DNA of 64,000 nt from Octopus bimaculoides (Eukaryota). Both the position numbers and the translations under genes were made by a program. The notes under the pieces were generated by a model. That model was not told where the DNA came from and made no database searches. It was given only the letters and a program-made list of their open reading frames with translations. The stretch spans positions 70,109,244 through 70,173,243 of the forward strand of contig NC_068982.1 in the NCBI RefSeq assembly GCF_001194135.2, written 5' to 3'. Below are positions 38,724-50,760 of this stretch, piece after piece; positions within the stretch are counted from its first letter, which is position 1, and the number at the start of each line of letters is the position of its first letter.

Positions 38724-39000
38724 AAAGCAGTGAGCTGGCAATATCATTAGCACATCAGACAAAATGCTTAGTAGAATTTATTCCAACTCAGTCAGAGTTC
38801 AAATTCCACCAAGATCAACATTCATCCTTTCAGGGTCAATGAAATAATTACTAGTTGAACATTGGGGTCACTGTAATCAACTACCCACCTTCCCCAAATG
38901 TTTCAAGCCTTGTACCTATAGTAGAAAAGATTATTATTATTATTAAATGGTAGAATCAGTAGAACACTGGACAAAATGCCTTGAGATATTTTGTTGTCCT
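38071..39000 (+). mobile_element. SINE family 4 cluster flanking a Dong-like fragment
   Basis: Copies at about 38071-38290 and 38722-38945, plus a tail piece at 38650-38700, all joined by (ATT)n. Confidence 0.8.
38290..38645 (-). mobile_element. R4/Dong-like non-LTR retrotransposon 3' end (second, distinct family)
   Basis: Minus frame KVLPVIIGALGTVSKDKWLKEVGIECPVELLQKVCLLGTGKIMRQVLST* (stop 38460-38462), short 3' UTR ending in (AAT)n. Confidence 0.88.
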
Positions 39001-39336
39001 ACTTTACATCACAATAATCATTATCACTTTATATCCACTTTCCATGCTGGCATGGGTTGGACAGATCAACAAAGTCCAAGTTGCTTCCCACTAGGAGCTA
39101 CAGCTCCCAAAGACTAGCAGCTCATACATGTGTCATTTGGCCTGGTTTCTACAGTTAGATACCCTTCCTAATGCCAAACACTAATCCCACCAAGATCAAC
39201 TCTTTGTAGAGTTGATCTTGGTAGAATTAATATTTGGGGTACCAGATTTGGTAAAATAATAGCAGTCAAGTACTATTATAATCAACTTTATACCTTTCAT
39301 TGTATTTCTGGCCTTGTGCTATGTTAGAAATCATTG

Positions 39337-39574
39337 TTTACTCACTGCACTAATTAAATTTCTGTTGGTGATGTAATATACTAATCATATGCAAATCAGT
39401 TCCTGCAGCCACTTCCTATTGGCTAGTAAAAATAGAATGTGCATACTATATGATATAAAATGTAGAGAATTCTGCAAAGTACTCCACTGTCAAAAACAAG
39501 TTAACTTGATTCTTGTATCTGAAGTGCACTTACACAGTACTGTATATACTTGATTTCCATGCAGTAAGGGTTAA
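39337..39574. mobile_element. MITE family B copy
   Basis: ctcactgcactaatt ... catgcagtaaggg-ttaa; inverse homolog of 1176-1407. Confidence 0.75.
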
Positions 39575-40926
39575 AGATGGTGAAGTGATGGAAATGGTAG
39601 AGAGATGAATTCCAATATTTAGCATGAAAGTAAATGAGTTCCCAGACCAACCACCCACACCATCACTGTTTGTCTTAGTTCTCCAGATCACAACAGAGGG
39701 TTTTAAGACTGACTATCCTTAGGAACTCCTGTATGTGGCCATTGACCTTAGTAATTCTTATGGCTGAATCAGACAATAATTAGGGAAGGAATTTTAAATG
39801 TGAATGCAACACCTAAAATTAAAAGTAAACCTAGCAAAGATAAATGTTCTAGTTTGCAACAAAGAAGGCAGGACACAATGTCACCTGGAAATAGCCTTGC
39901 TCAATATGCAAACACAAAATAAATAACAATTTCAAAGTTTTGTATCCAATGTAAATTATAGGTATACAGCAGACATTTAGTGGGATTACAAGAAGGGCTT
40001 TATACTTAGTAGATACAAAAGAGTAGTTAACAATAAGAACATACATGAGAAACTCCTTCAAATAACTAGAAAGTTCCTTTGAAATAGTTGACAGGGGACC
40101 TAATCAATAGTGGAGGCAAGTATTCTGAAAGAATAACAGCCAGAGCAAGAATGACATAGAGAAAAGGTTAAGGGAGCAAATTACCCAGCTGGCAATAAGG
40201 GGATTCTCTATCTATATGTATATGATGCTTGTATGTGAAATGCAATATTGCACAACTGTGAAATGTGGGCAATGAATGCAAAGGATAGGTAGAGGCTTTG
40301 CTGGATGCATAACGTGTAAATTTACGATGAAGTACAAATGAGCTGAGAGAAAAAAATGTCAGGTATAATAGGAATCAGATGTGGTGTGTAAGAGAAAAGA
40401 CAGCTTTGCTGCTGTGTATGTCATGTTATTTTTGGTGTTTTTTTTTTCTCCAGCAAGATGCCCTTCTTCCTATTAGCCAAACACTTTACAGCATGAAATT
40501 CTTGCATTTTGTGTCACCAGCACTAGACAAGTTTTCCCCTACCCAACGAAACTAAATAGCCCCAGCTACTCTACGATGTGATTAAGATTAAATTATATTT
40601 TTCAAAATTCCAACTACCTACCAAGCAGATACAGAAAAAAAATGTATCAAATTATATGTTAATCTTTAAACACAAAACAACAATTTACTGTCAAGATGTT
40701 TTCAATACTAAGTAAATGCATAAAATACTACAATAATATATCAGATTCTTTTAGATTTTACCAATCATCATCATTGTTTTAAAGTCCACTTTGTCATGCT
40801 TGCAGGAGTCAAATGGAGTTCACTAAAGCAGATTTTCTGCAGTCACATGCCATTCCTGTGGCTAATTCTCACCTATTTCCAAGCAATTCATATTTCCACA
40901 TGGCTAAACATGTTTGCATGGAAGTT

Positions 40927-41124
40927 CGTGCGGGTGACACGTAAAAGCACCCACTACACTCTCTGAGTGGTTGGCGTTAGGAAGGGCATTCAGCTGTAGA
41001 AACTCTGCCAAATCAGACTGGAGCCTGGTGTTGCCATCCGGTTTCACCAGTCCTCAGTCAAATCGTCCAACCCATGCTAGCATGGAAAGCGGACGTTAAA
41101 CGATGATGATGATGATGATGATGA
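40927..41124 (+). mobile_element. Young 5'-truncated family 3 element inserted into an older family 2 SINE (40760-41370, minus)
   Basis: Host halves catgtttgcatggaag | attgacaatgagtgacact join to the family 2 consensus; insert ends in (GAT)n. Confidence 0.8.
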
Positions 41125-43071
41125 TTGACAATGAGTGACACTGCTCATAAGATGGTGGTGCTTGCTTCCAACTATCACGATGCCAAGACCAAGATACATA
41201 CACCCACCAGGGGACAGACGCACACGCATGAAGGGCTTCTTTCAGTTTCCATCTACCAAATCCACTCACACAGCATCAGTTGCCCTGGAGCTTCAAGAGA
41301 AGACACCAGTCCAAGGCACCACACAGTGGTACCAAACCCAAAATCACATGGTTGAGAAGCAAGCTGCTTGAGCAGACACCTGTATTGGCATCTATCAATT
41401 TTACCAAAAAAAAAAAAGGCTCGGCTAACTTACCTAGATGCAACCACTGATACCACAGGTGACTCAATCATGCTGTGACCACTATCACTGAAAAAGAAAA
41501 TAAGTTGTCAATTTTCAGCTCACTTATAATTATATCTGGAGTAATACAAGGGAGGAAAATAACAACAGAGCAACAATAATACTGAAAATATGACTCTTTA
41601 GAGACACTTCATTGTTGTAGCCATTTACTACTGTAAACAACATAAAAAAAAGACAAATTTCCCAGAACCAAAACTAGAATTGTTTTGATTGTTTTGTTTT
41701 TGATAAAAACTTTTGTTGACAAATTGAAAGAAAGGTTTTTATTATTGCCATTATTGTTTTTTTTTTGGGGGGGGGGGGTTATTTTCTAACTTTGCTGACT
41801 TAGAATACAATTGAAGTAGACAAAGCAAGACCTTTCCCACACTTCTTAGAAAACCAGATTAAACTTTCACATAGAGAAAGAAACAAACAAAAAAACTAGA
41901 AAACACTCCTTGCTTATTTCTTCACAGAAAGACATTTGTTATGATGCCTATTATTACAATGAACATATTATTACAATGAACAACGCACATGCACGCATGC
42001 GCACACAGACACACACTGTTTTATAATGAGTAGGAAAATTGTTTTTGTTTATTTTATGACATTGTCTAATAGTGGTTTCATGAAGTAGGACACAGTGCAG
42101 TCGTTACACAGGTATACTAGATCATCTGTGAATGAATGTTACCTGTGATATTTTGGTATTTTAATCAGGGAGAAATTAGTTTCATTCGCTTCATGAAAGC
42201 AATGTTAAGCCATGAAAGCTACACTAAGGGTTGATACTTTTTTTTAGGAAAACACTTATATTCACTCCCTCTTTGAATCACATAAAAGGTGACATCTTCT
42301 TCAGTAATGTACCAATGTACAAGCTACTGAACAGTTAACAGAACGTTACTTATTAAAAGGAATGGGTAATTTGAGAATGGTAAAAGAATCATGAAGGGGA
42401 TGGAATGAAATTTCAAAAAGAGTTGGGATGGAATCAAAAGAGATAGAAGGTAAAAATTAAAACAGTATTTGTTACTAAGATTCACCACCATAGTAGGTAT
42501 GAAATCTTAGATATTACACTGTTAGTCATGATTTTGAATCTTGCTCTTGATATCATAAAGTTATTTTTTTCCAGGAATTTAAACATCATCACCATCACTT
42601 TTACATCCACTTTTCCATGCTTGCATGGGTCAGATGGAGTTTATTGAGACAGATGTTCTACCACTGGATACCCTTCCTGTCTCCAACCATCACATGTTTA
42701 TGAGCAAGGTATTATTTCCTCATGGCCAGACATGTTTGTGCAGAATATTGGAAATGAATAGCATTCATTTCCAATACCCTAGTTGTTAGGCCATGCACCT
42801 TCACAAACACACATATGCGAGCACATGTACATGATGGGCTTCTTTCAATTTTCATCTAACAAAATTCATTTGCAAGGCTTTGGTCATCCCAGGACTGTAG
42901 TAGAAGACACTTGCCTATTTAAATATATAAATTTAGAAGAACCTTCCCATTCTTGAAAACGCTGAAGATAAAAAAATAAAGTAAATTCATTTTTAGTAAA
43001 TGTTACTCTGATAATAAGACATCACAAAACAGTACTTAATGATTACTGCTTGCAATTTGTTTCAATTATAT

Positions 43072-43748
43072 TTTAAACCAAGCCATTTGAGACTGTTCCA
43101 GGTTCTATGATATAAGCTTCTCATTTTCAAATGATGGAAATTAAAAGTTTCCATCAAAATTTTATGTCAATTTATGTTCTAAACACCAGATTAATAATAC
43201 TTATAAATTTTGGCACAGGGCTAGCAGATTCTGAGGAGAGGGAAAGTCAATTACATTGACCCCAGTACTTCACTGGTAATTATTTCATCAATTCTGAATG
43301 CATGAAAGGTAAAGTTGACCTCAGCAAAATTTGAGCTCTGAACATAAAGACAGACAAAATGCTTAGCAGCATTTTGTCTGGCATGCTAATGATTCTGCCA
43401 GCTTGCTGCCTTAAACCTTTAGTGTTTAAACTGACCATATCCGACCCAAAGATTCTATCTGTTTTACTTTCAAACTGGCCAGATCCAGTTGCTCACACTT
43501 ACCCTACAAGGTCATTCTAAAAATATACAAACATATCAATACCTCAAAGCTATGACATAATGCACGATTAATTTTCATTTTTAGAAAACTGGAATAAACA
43601 TTACGTTTGAGAGTAATTTGAATGTTAAAGGATTAAACACCAGATTAATAATGACGAACATACTTCACTAAATTCCTTTAGCTATTTTCAAAATTAATCA
43701 AAACAAAAGGAGTATATTTCAACAGAAACACTAATAAAAAGGTTAAAT
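43072..43748. mobile_element. Triple nest: MITE C > SINE family 4 (minus, about 43199-43411) > MITE A (about 43411-43636)
   Basis: 19-bp direct repeat taaacaccagattaataat at 43180-43198 and 43634-43652; TTAA on both sides of MITE A. Confidence 0.8.
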
Positions 43749-44135
43749 ATGCATACATGTGTATGCACATGCATGCACACACACAGAGGTTTACAATAGA
43801 TTGCTGTCACATTGTTGTTTAAGCTTATCACTTACATCATCGATCTTCCTGATTCATAAACAGAAGCACTGCTACACTCACTTGTTTTCCCACATTTTCA
43901 CTTCCCAGTAGATAAGCTTTGCTTGTATGGGTCAAACAGAATTCATTGAGACAGATTTTTAGTAGCTGGATGCTCTTTTTGTCACATCATCCGATTCCAA
44001 CTAAGGTAATCTTTTCCCACAACATGACATGCTTTCACAGAAGATTGGAAATGAAGGATAACACTTGTATTACAGTGACTCTCCACTATCACGCAACGGC
44101 AAGACAAGGAGATACAAGCACATGCATGCATGCAT

Positions 44136-44172
<37 letters not shown>

Positions 44173-45954
44173 GGGCATCTTTCAGTTTCTATCTACCAAA
44201 TCCACAAGAATTTGATTGGCCTGGGGCTATTGTAGAAGACCTGCCCAAAGTGCCACACAATCAGAATATTACTTGAAACTATGTGGTCAGGAAGTGAACT
44301 TCTCAAAACAGATAGCCATAACCTTTCCCCTATAAATCTAAGGACTCATATCTCTGCAATAGTAGCATTATTTCAAAGCTGACTAGATCATATTTAAAAC
44401 CCCTCAAAACTTACTTCATATATTATACTTTAAACATGAGCAAACACTACCTTTTTTAACTGCCAAGCTGATCACATGGGTGGGAAGCATTAGTAAAGCA
44501 TGATCTAATAACTTTGTGCATGAATATGTAGTGTATAAGGAAATGATATAATTTACAGGGCCTTAAAATTTTTATTATTCTAACACAGGCATGCTGTGAG
44601 AAGAAGTTGCTTAACTAATACAAGCAGAAAATATCAAACAAATTCAGATTAGAGTAAGAGAACCTTGTTCATTGATACTCAAGCCTCTTTTTTTTATCTC
44701 CTCTTTTCATGTGCCAAGCTGGCAGGTGTTGGCAATCATAGATCTCCATGCCAAAGCCTGAAGATTTATGATGTTTCTTGGTTAAAAAAGAGAAGTGGCT
44801 TCTTGTTGCTTTCTGCTGATTTACTTACAGTTTACTCTGCTAGTCCCCTACAACCATAAGCTTATCCTTGAAGCACAAGGCCTATTTAACTTTTAAGGCA
44901 GGGAACTAGTTTATGGATCATCAAATCATGTCCCTACACCAGTAGACCAATGTGATGAATGTTTAGGTGGCCAGCCCTCCTCTGAGTCCTACAGGACTAT
45001 CTTTTGCTATTTGATCCATATCTGGGGTCCTTAAGAGATACTACCACTCCAAACCAACTAGTGACTAAAGGTTAACTCTATACTCTTCAAAGCCCTGAAC
45101 ACTCAAGATGGAGCCTCACAACTAGATACTGTTTAATGCTTATGCTACATCATTAAACTGTGACAATTTGATAATTTACTTTAAAGTAAAACAAAGGGAA
45201 AGATTAATTTTAATCCACATTGTTTTGCACAGACACTCATCTTAAAAGGATATTTAGTGGCTACTGAGAATTTATTTTATGGACATCCATTTGTGACATT
45301 AAGACAGCTCTTAAGCATCATTTCATTTCAAAATCCTGAGAACTTTTTCTACAAAACCACAAAATGAATGCAGTATAGTATATAAGATATAATTTATATA
45401 TTATGTGAATACATAACAGAGGATTGGTCTAAAAATAGACTGTTCATAAAAGGAATGTCACCACAAGATCTTTTTAGGTGCATGATTGTGAATTTACTAA
45501 TAGTAAGAAGACAATTTTATATTCTCTCATGAATGCAATGGCCATAGTAATGCAATTAAACAAGTACATACACACACAGATTATGGAAAAAGACTGAATA
45601 GAGAAGAAATGTTTCTGCAAATATTTTGAACATAGATATGAGTTTTACAGTCATCCATAACCTATAGGGTATTTTACAATTTTCATATATGTCAGATAAT
45701 TAAAGGTGTAAATAGTCAGCAGTTATATAATAAAGAAAATCTTATAATTCAAAGGAATATAAAAGAAATCATCAGAGTTCAACCACTACAAAAGATCAAA
45801 GGGAGATGAATTGTTTGTGTATGAGCGTTTTCAATGTCATTACACATGATAGAGCAAATAGTTTCATTTGTCATACTAGCTAAACTTGATAACTATGATA
45901 TCAGCTTTGATAAATGCTGTTGTGTGATATTAAAAATATTGGCACCCATGCCAA

Positions 45955-46381
45955 CGTCATCTCCTTCATTGGACACGAAACTCAGCTTGCGAAGACTTAT
46001 TGGGGCAAGCGAAAGTGAAATAGTGATTGCACCTGTGCCCAGCGTCGCCTTTCTGGCACTTGTGCCTGTGGCATGTGTAAAGACTTTCGAGCGAAATCGT
46101 TGCCAGTGCCCCTGGACTGGCTCTTGTGCGGGTGGCACATAAAATACACCATTTTGAGCATGGCCGTTGCCAGTACTGCCTGATTGGCCTTCATGCCGGT
46201 GGCACGTAAAAGCACCCACTACACTCTCTGAGTGGTTGGCGTTAGGAAGGGCATCCAGCTGTAGAAACTCTGCCAAATCAGATTGGAGTCTGGTGTAGCT
46301 ATCTGGTTTCACCAGTCCTCAGTCAAATCATCCAACCCATGCTAGCATGGAAAGCGGACGTTAAAAGATGATGATGATGAT
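45955..46381 (+). mobile_element. Young family 3 element, longest copy
   Basis: Internal repeated module gccagt...ggtggcac(a/g)taaaa; tail catgctagcatggaaagcggacgttaaaagatgatgatgatga. Confidence 0.85.
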
Positions 46382-46917
46382 GTGAGTAGGCTTTGTGTGT
46401 GTTGTCATTGTATGACTTAGATCCTCACTGACATATTAGAGACCCTGAAGAGATTAAGTATAAATGATCTGACCAAAATATATGCCAAAGATTAGGTGAC
46501 TTGAGTGAAAAATCATGTTTGCATTTTGTTCTTTATATTTCTGATAAGAGATTTGTGTTCTAATTGACCAAGTAACTCACAATTGAAACTGAAGCAACTG
46601 CATGGTGGAAGAGGCATTTAATAACACGCAAAGCTTTTAAATTCACTTTAAATTTATATTTATTTCCATGCAAGGTCAAAATTTTTGCTGCACAACTGTT
46701 AGTGAACAGGTTGCAGCTGTGTTGAAATTTTAGCTAGTGGAACAACATCTATGTTTCAAGTATTTTAGAAGTGTATTTTAGTATATCAAGTATATCAGTA
46801 TGTAAAATATATAAAATGATTGTTATATGAAAGTTCATCATAAGAATGCTAAGATCTTCTGTATATATGTGTGTGTCTATAAATACACACACACACACGT
46901 ATGTGTGCACACATACA

Positions 46918-48096
46918 CACAAGGTGTTCAGGCTAAATTTGGTGATTTTTCTTATATTCGCTTTTTTTCAGGAACCTGATGTATTGGTGAACAGTCAACA
47001 GCATTGGAGAGCATAAAGATTGGAGGTCACCTGAATATTGAAAGAGAGTCACCTGTATCATGATGATTCACATTGGGTATCAAAATTACAGACGTCATGA
47101 CTGCTGCTCAGTGCTCTGTGAACACTGTAAAGGCTGTAAGACATGACATGGATAGTTCCACTGGAGACTACAAAAACATGGCCAGTGGGAAGGAACACAG
47201 CAGGCATTCTGACTGCATCAGCACACCATAATTCATCCAACAACTGCTGGACAAGGTGATAGAAGATCCAAGCAAGAGAAGTCGGACTGTGCGAGAAAGA
47301 TGGTGTTGGAATCACCACCATAAAACTGGCCTTGAATGAGGACCCTCACTACCATTCATACAAGAGGTATAAGGAACAAATTCTGACAGCCAAGGCTAAG
47401 GAGAACTACTTGGAAAGGCAAATAAGCTCCTGAACAAGTTGAGGTATCCTGTTGAGCTGGAGATGATCTGGTTCTTCTCAGATGTAAAGAATATCTGCCT
47501 GGACCAATTGCACAACATCCAGCACAACAGGTGGCTTTGCCTACAATCTATGTGATATACCGCATATCACAAAAACCAAGTTCCCCACAAACTGTGATGG
47601 TCTTTGGGTGTGACTCCAGAGAGGGAGATGTCATGCCACCCCACATCATTGAACAGAGCCACAGGTTTAACTCAGACAGCTACATGAAGCTTCAGGAGAC
47701 TGTGGTTAAACCATGGCTGGAGAGGGTTGCTACTGGAAAGCCAGGTGTGTAGCAGCAGGATTTGGTTACTTACCATACTTCCAAAAAGAGTTAGAAATGA
47801 TTGTTGGAGAATTTCTACAAATTCACCAGCCCCAATTTCTGGCCTCCTAATTCCCCTGATTGTAGTCTTGCATTTGAGAAAGCTACCAACCACTCTGCCT
47901 GCAACACCAAGGCTGAGATGGTGGCCAAGACCAAGGAAATTTTCAAAGATCTTCCCAGGGACACAGTGAGGAATGCATGCATCAGGTAAGCCTTGGTAAT
48001 AAGAAGAGCATCCAGCCATGAAATCTTGCCCCAAACAAATCTCCATCTAACTTATTCAGCAATATGAAACGAGTTTCATATTTGAACATTCCTAGT
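46918..48096 (+). mobile_element. maT/DD37D-like Tc1-mariner superfamily element, decayed
   Basis: IWFFSDVK (D 47481), VMVFGCDSREGDVMPPH, V*QQD (D 47759), FWPPNSPDC followed by loss of the NPLD motif. Weak terminal repeat aaggtgttca / tgaacattcct. Confidence 0.8.
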
Positions 48097-48849
48097 TATA
48101 TAGCAAGGAGATGGACAACAGTTAATGTATATAAAGGATGAGGTTGACAAAAAGTTGGTAGATGTTAATGTTGGAAAGAATATCTCACAGTACTTGTTCC
48201 CACTCTGAGTTCTAATCTTACTGAGGTCATCTTTGACTTTCATCCTTTCAACGGGTCAATAAAGAAGAACCAATCCTGGACTGTGGACTGGTAGAACTGT
48301 TAGAGAAGTGGGTGAAATGTCTTAGAGTAGCTGTTATAGCTTTTTGTGTTCTGATACTGGTGCAAAGCTCTTTCAGCCCAAGTCAATGGTTTTTACTCTG
48401 GGTAAACATCAATGGTATGAAGAAACAAGCATAGTCAACTGTCAGTCTCCTTCAAAAAGTATTGCCTGGGCCTGCACATACATGTACAGATAGGTGCATG
48501 GTCATTATTGACTAACAGAGGTTTTACATTATTTTACATAATTATGAACTTATGTTAAATCAACTCAAAACATAGCTTACTAAGTCAATATTTAAGAATA
48601 AAAACTAATGCAAACTGTCCTTAAAATTAAAAATAGTAAAAAACAAAAAAACAATACTAGTTTATGGTTTTGTTATATACCATTCAATAACATCAGACAA
48701 TTACAATGAAAAGCTAAACTGGGATATATGGGGGCTCTTTTTACCAATAATGGAATATGTAATCTATAAAAAAAAAAGAGAAGAAAAACTTGAGAAATAA
48801 TAAGTAGATACCAAATTTAGAAAGAGATTACAAACTAAATATTATTGTC

Positions 48850-49350
48850 ACTGACAGAAAAACAGTGAGGAAAAATGGTAAATTATAGCAATTTCAGTTG
48901 TAATAGGGGTATGGAAGTAGTTTAAAAATATAGGTCAATAGCTATATCTTAGTTGGAAGAAAGCCAATTGGGGTAGAAAATAATAGATTGCACAGTGTTA
49001 TAGCTGGCTTCAGGACAAACATCTAACAATAGATATTATAGAAGTTGTGTATTATGCATGACAGAATAGAAATATATCAAACATTAAAAGTTGGAAATAT
49101 ATTAGAAATTCAATCAATTCTTTATCTCATATACTGAAATTTCTGAATATTTCCTAATAACAATAGCTTATGTCATGGCAGGAAAAGAAATGTATAAGAA
49201 ATTGCTGAAAGAATGGTAATTAATAGTAGCTGAAGGAAAAGAAGATCAAAATAGATTCTTATTGAAGTGAACAGATCCCAGAATATGAATAAACTAACAC
49301 TAGACTTGTCTGTTAAAAACAAAATGTAGTGGTATATAAGAAGCAGTGGC
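48850..49350 (+). mobile_element. Highly degenerate LINE reverse-transcriptase relic
   Basis: Fragments KYRSIAIS (cf. YRPISL), AGFR..TID and NKLTLD..KNK across frameshifts. Confidence 0.35.
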
Positions 49351-49896
49351 AGATCTGATGTTATTTAACAATATTTGTATTATTTTTAATTTGACAGGGA
49401 AGGGGTGGGGGCACATGCACACATGATTTTTATGAATTAGCAACTGATTGTATTGCATTGTTAACAACTAAATAATTAATAGTACAGAATGGAAGACTGA
49501 CAAAATCAGAAGAATGGCAAGTAAAATGCTCTGTTGTCTTTTAAGTTATTCGTTATTCTCAGTTTGAATCATACCAAAGTCAGCTTTGGCCTTTACTTTT
49601 TGAGTGTTGATAAAATAAGCACGAGGGGGAGAGAGANNNNNNNNNNNNNNNNGGGGGGTGTAAGTGTAAAAAAAGAGAGGGTGGCAGGGATTAACTATAA
49701 CAATTTTCCAAAATAAAGTTTTGTACTTATCTTAGTATCTTCGAAATAAAATAATTTGGAATTAAAAAAATTAAAGAAACTTGTTATAAAATGCATTAAA
49801 AGAGAAAAAGCAGAATCACATTCCTATAGGGGTGGAGTATAAGAAAAATAAAAATTTTTTTAAAAAAACCAGATTATTTCTTATTTTATAACTCAC

Positions 49897-50162
49897 CTCT
49901 CAACAGTAAATGGAGACATCCGTCCAGAAAGGTCTTCATCACTAAGACGAGGATTGTAGAATGACAAGGCCAAATTTTGACTGTGACATGATTGGTGGTG
50001 GGAAGTGGGTCCAGGTAAAAGAACTGAAGATGTCTGAGTCATTGACGTGGTCAGCTGAGAAGTAGCATTGTTACTGATATTACTGCAACTCGGTTGGGGT
50101 GAATCTTTTATGTTACTCTGATCAGCGTGTAATGTATTCTCACAGTCACATTGCTGCTTGTT
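49897..50162 (-). CDS. Host gene exon 2 in window: NKQQCDCENT...SFYNPRLSDEDLSGRMSPFTVE
   Basis: Acceptor tttttgtgtccttcaag (nearby alternative AGs possible), donor AG|gtgagt; 266 nt, phase 0 to 2; ORF track 49893-50207. Confidence 0.88.
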
Positions 50163-50505
50163 CTTGAAGGACACAAAAATAAGAAATTTTTTATTAAACA
50201 TCAGCAAAATGGTTCACACAGGCTATAAATAGAGTGGGGAAAATGTTGATCATTTGAAAGAGTTAGGTGAAAAATAATACCGCAAAATAGTCAGAAATTA
50301 AAAAAGAATAGCAATGCACTTCAAAAAAAAGGTACAAAGCACATATTGTATTTTACAGATAAACTGAAGCTACAGAGGTCATTGTTCTTTAACTCTATGG
50401 TTTATGACATTCGATATGTCTTCACAGTATATCTGCATAGCTACACTCCTTGAAAGTTCTATAACTATTTTGCTTGGTTGCAGAATGATTTCTGTGTCCT
50501 ATAAC

Positions 50506-50760
50506 TTAACCTTTTCAATATAACTTGCCTGAGACTGCCCCTATTTCTGTGATACAAATTTCCTGTTTTGAAATTATCTAAATTAAAATCTTCAATCAAA
50601 ATTTCATGTTAATTAATGTTCCAAACACTAGCTTAATAATGGCTAAGTTATCTTACTAAATTCTTCATTGCTTCAGTTTTAATTTGAAAGTAAATGAAGT
50701 ATATTTCAACAGACATATGATAATGAGAGGGTTGATTTGCCTTGTTTTTACAACAGTTAA
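50506..50760 (+). mobile_element. MITE family C copy; partial duplicate at 51379-51520
   Basis: ttaaccttttcaatataac ... ttttacaacagttaa; second copy ttaacccttttgatacc. Confidence 0.7.

Noticed and set aside
44823-44870. Donor-like gtaagt on minus within the 12.7-kb intron
   Set aside because: All three frames from the nearest acceptor contain stops.
49637-49652. N runs (also 21019-21028 and 27377-27386) and adjacent G-runs as a G-quadruplex
   Set aside because: Assembly gaps inside simple repeats; local sequence is unreliable.
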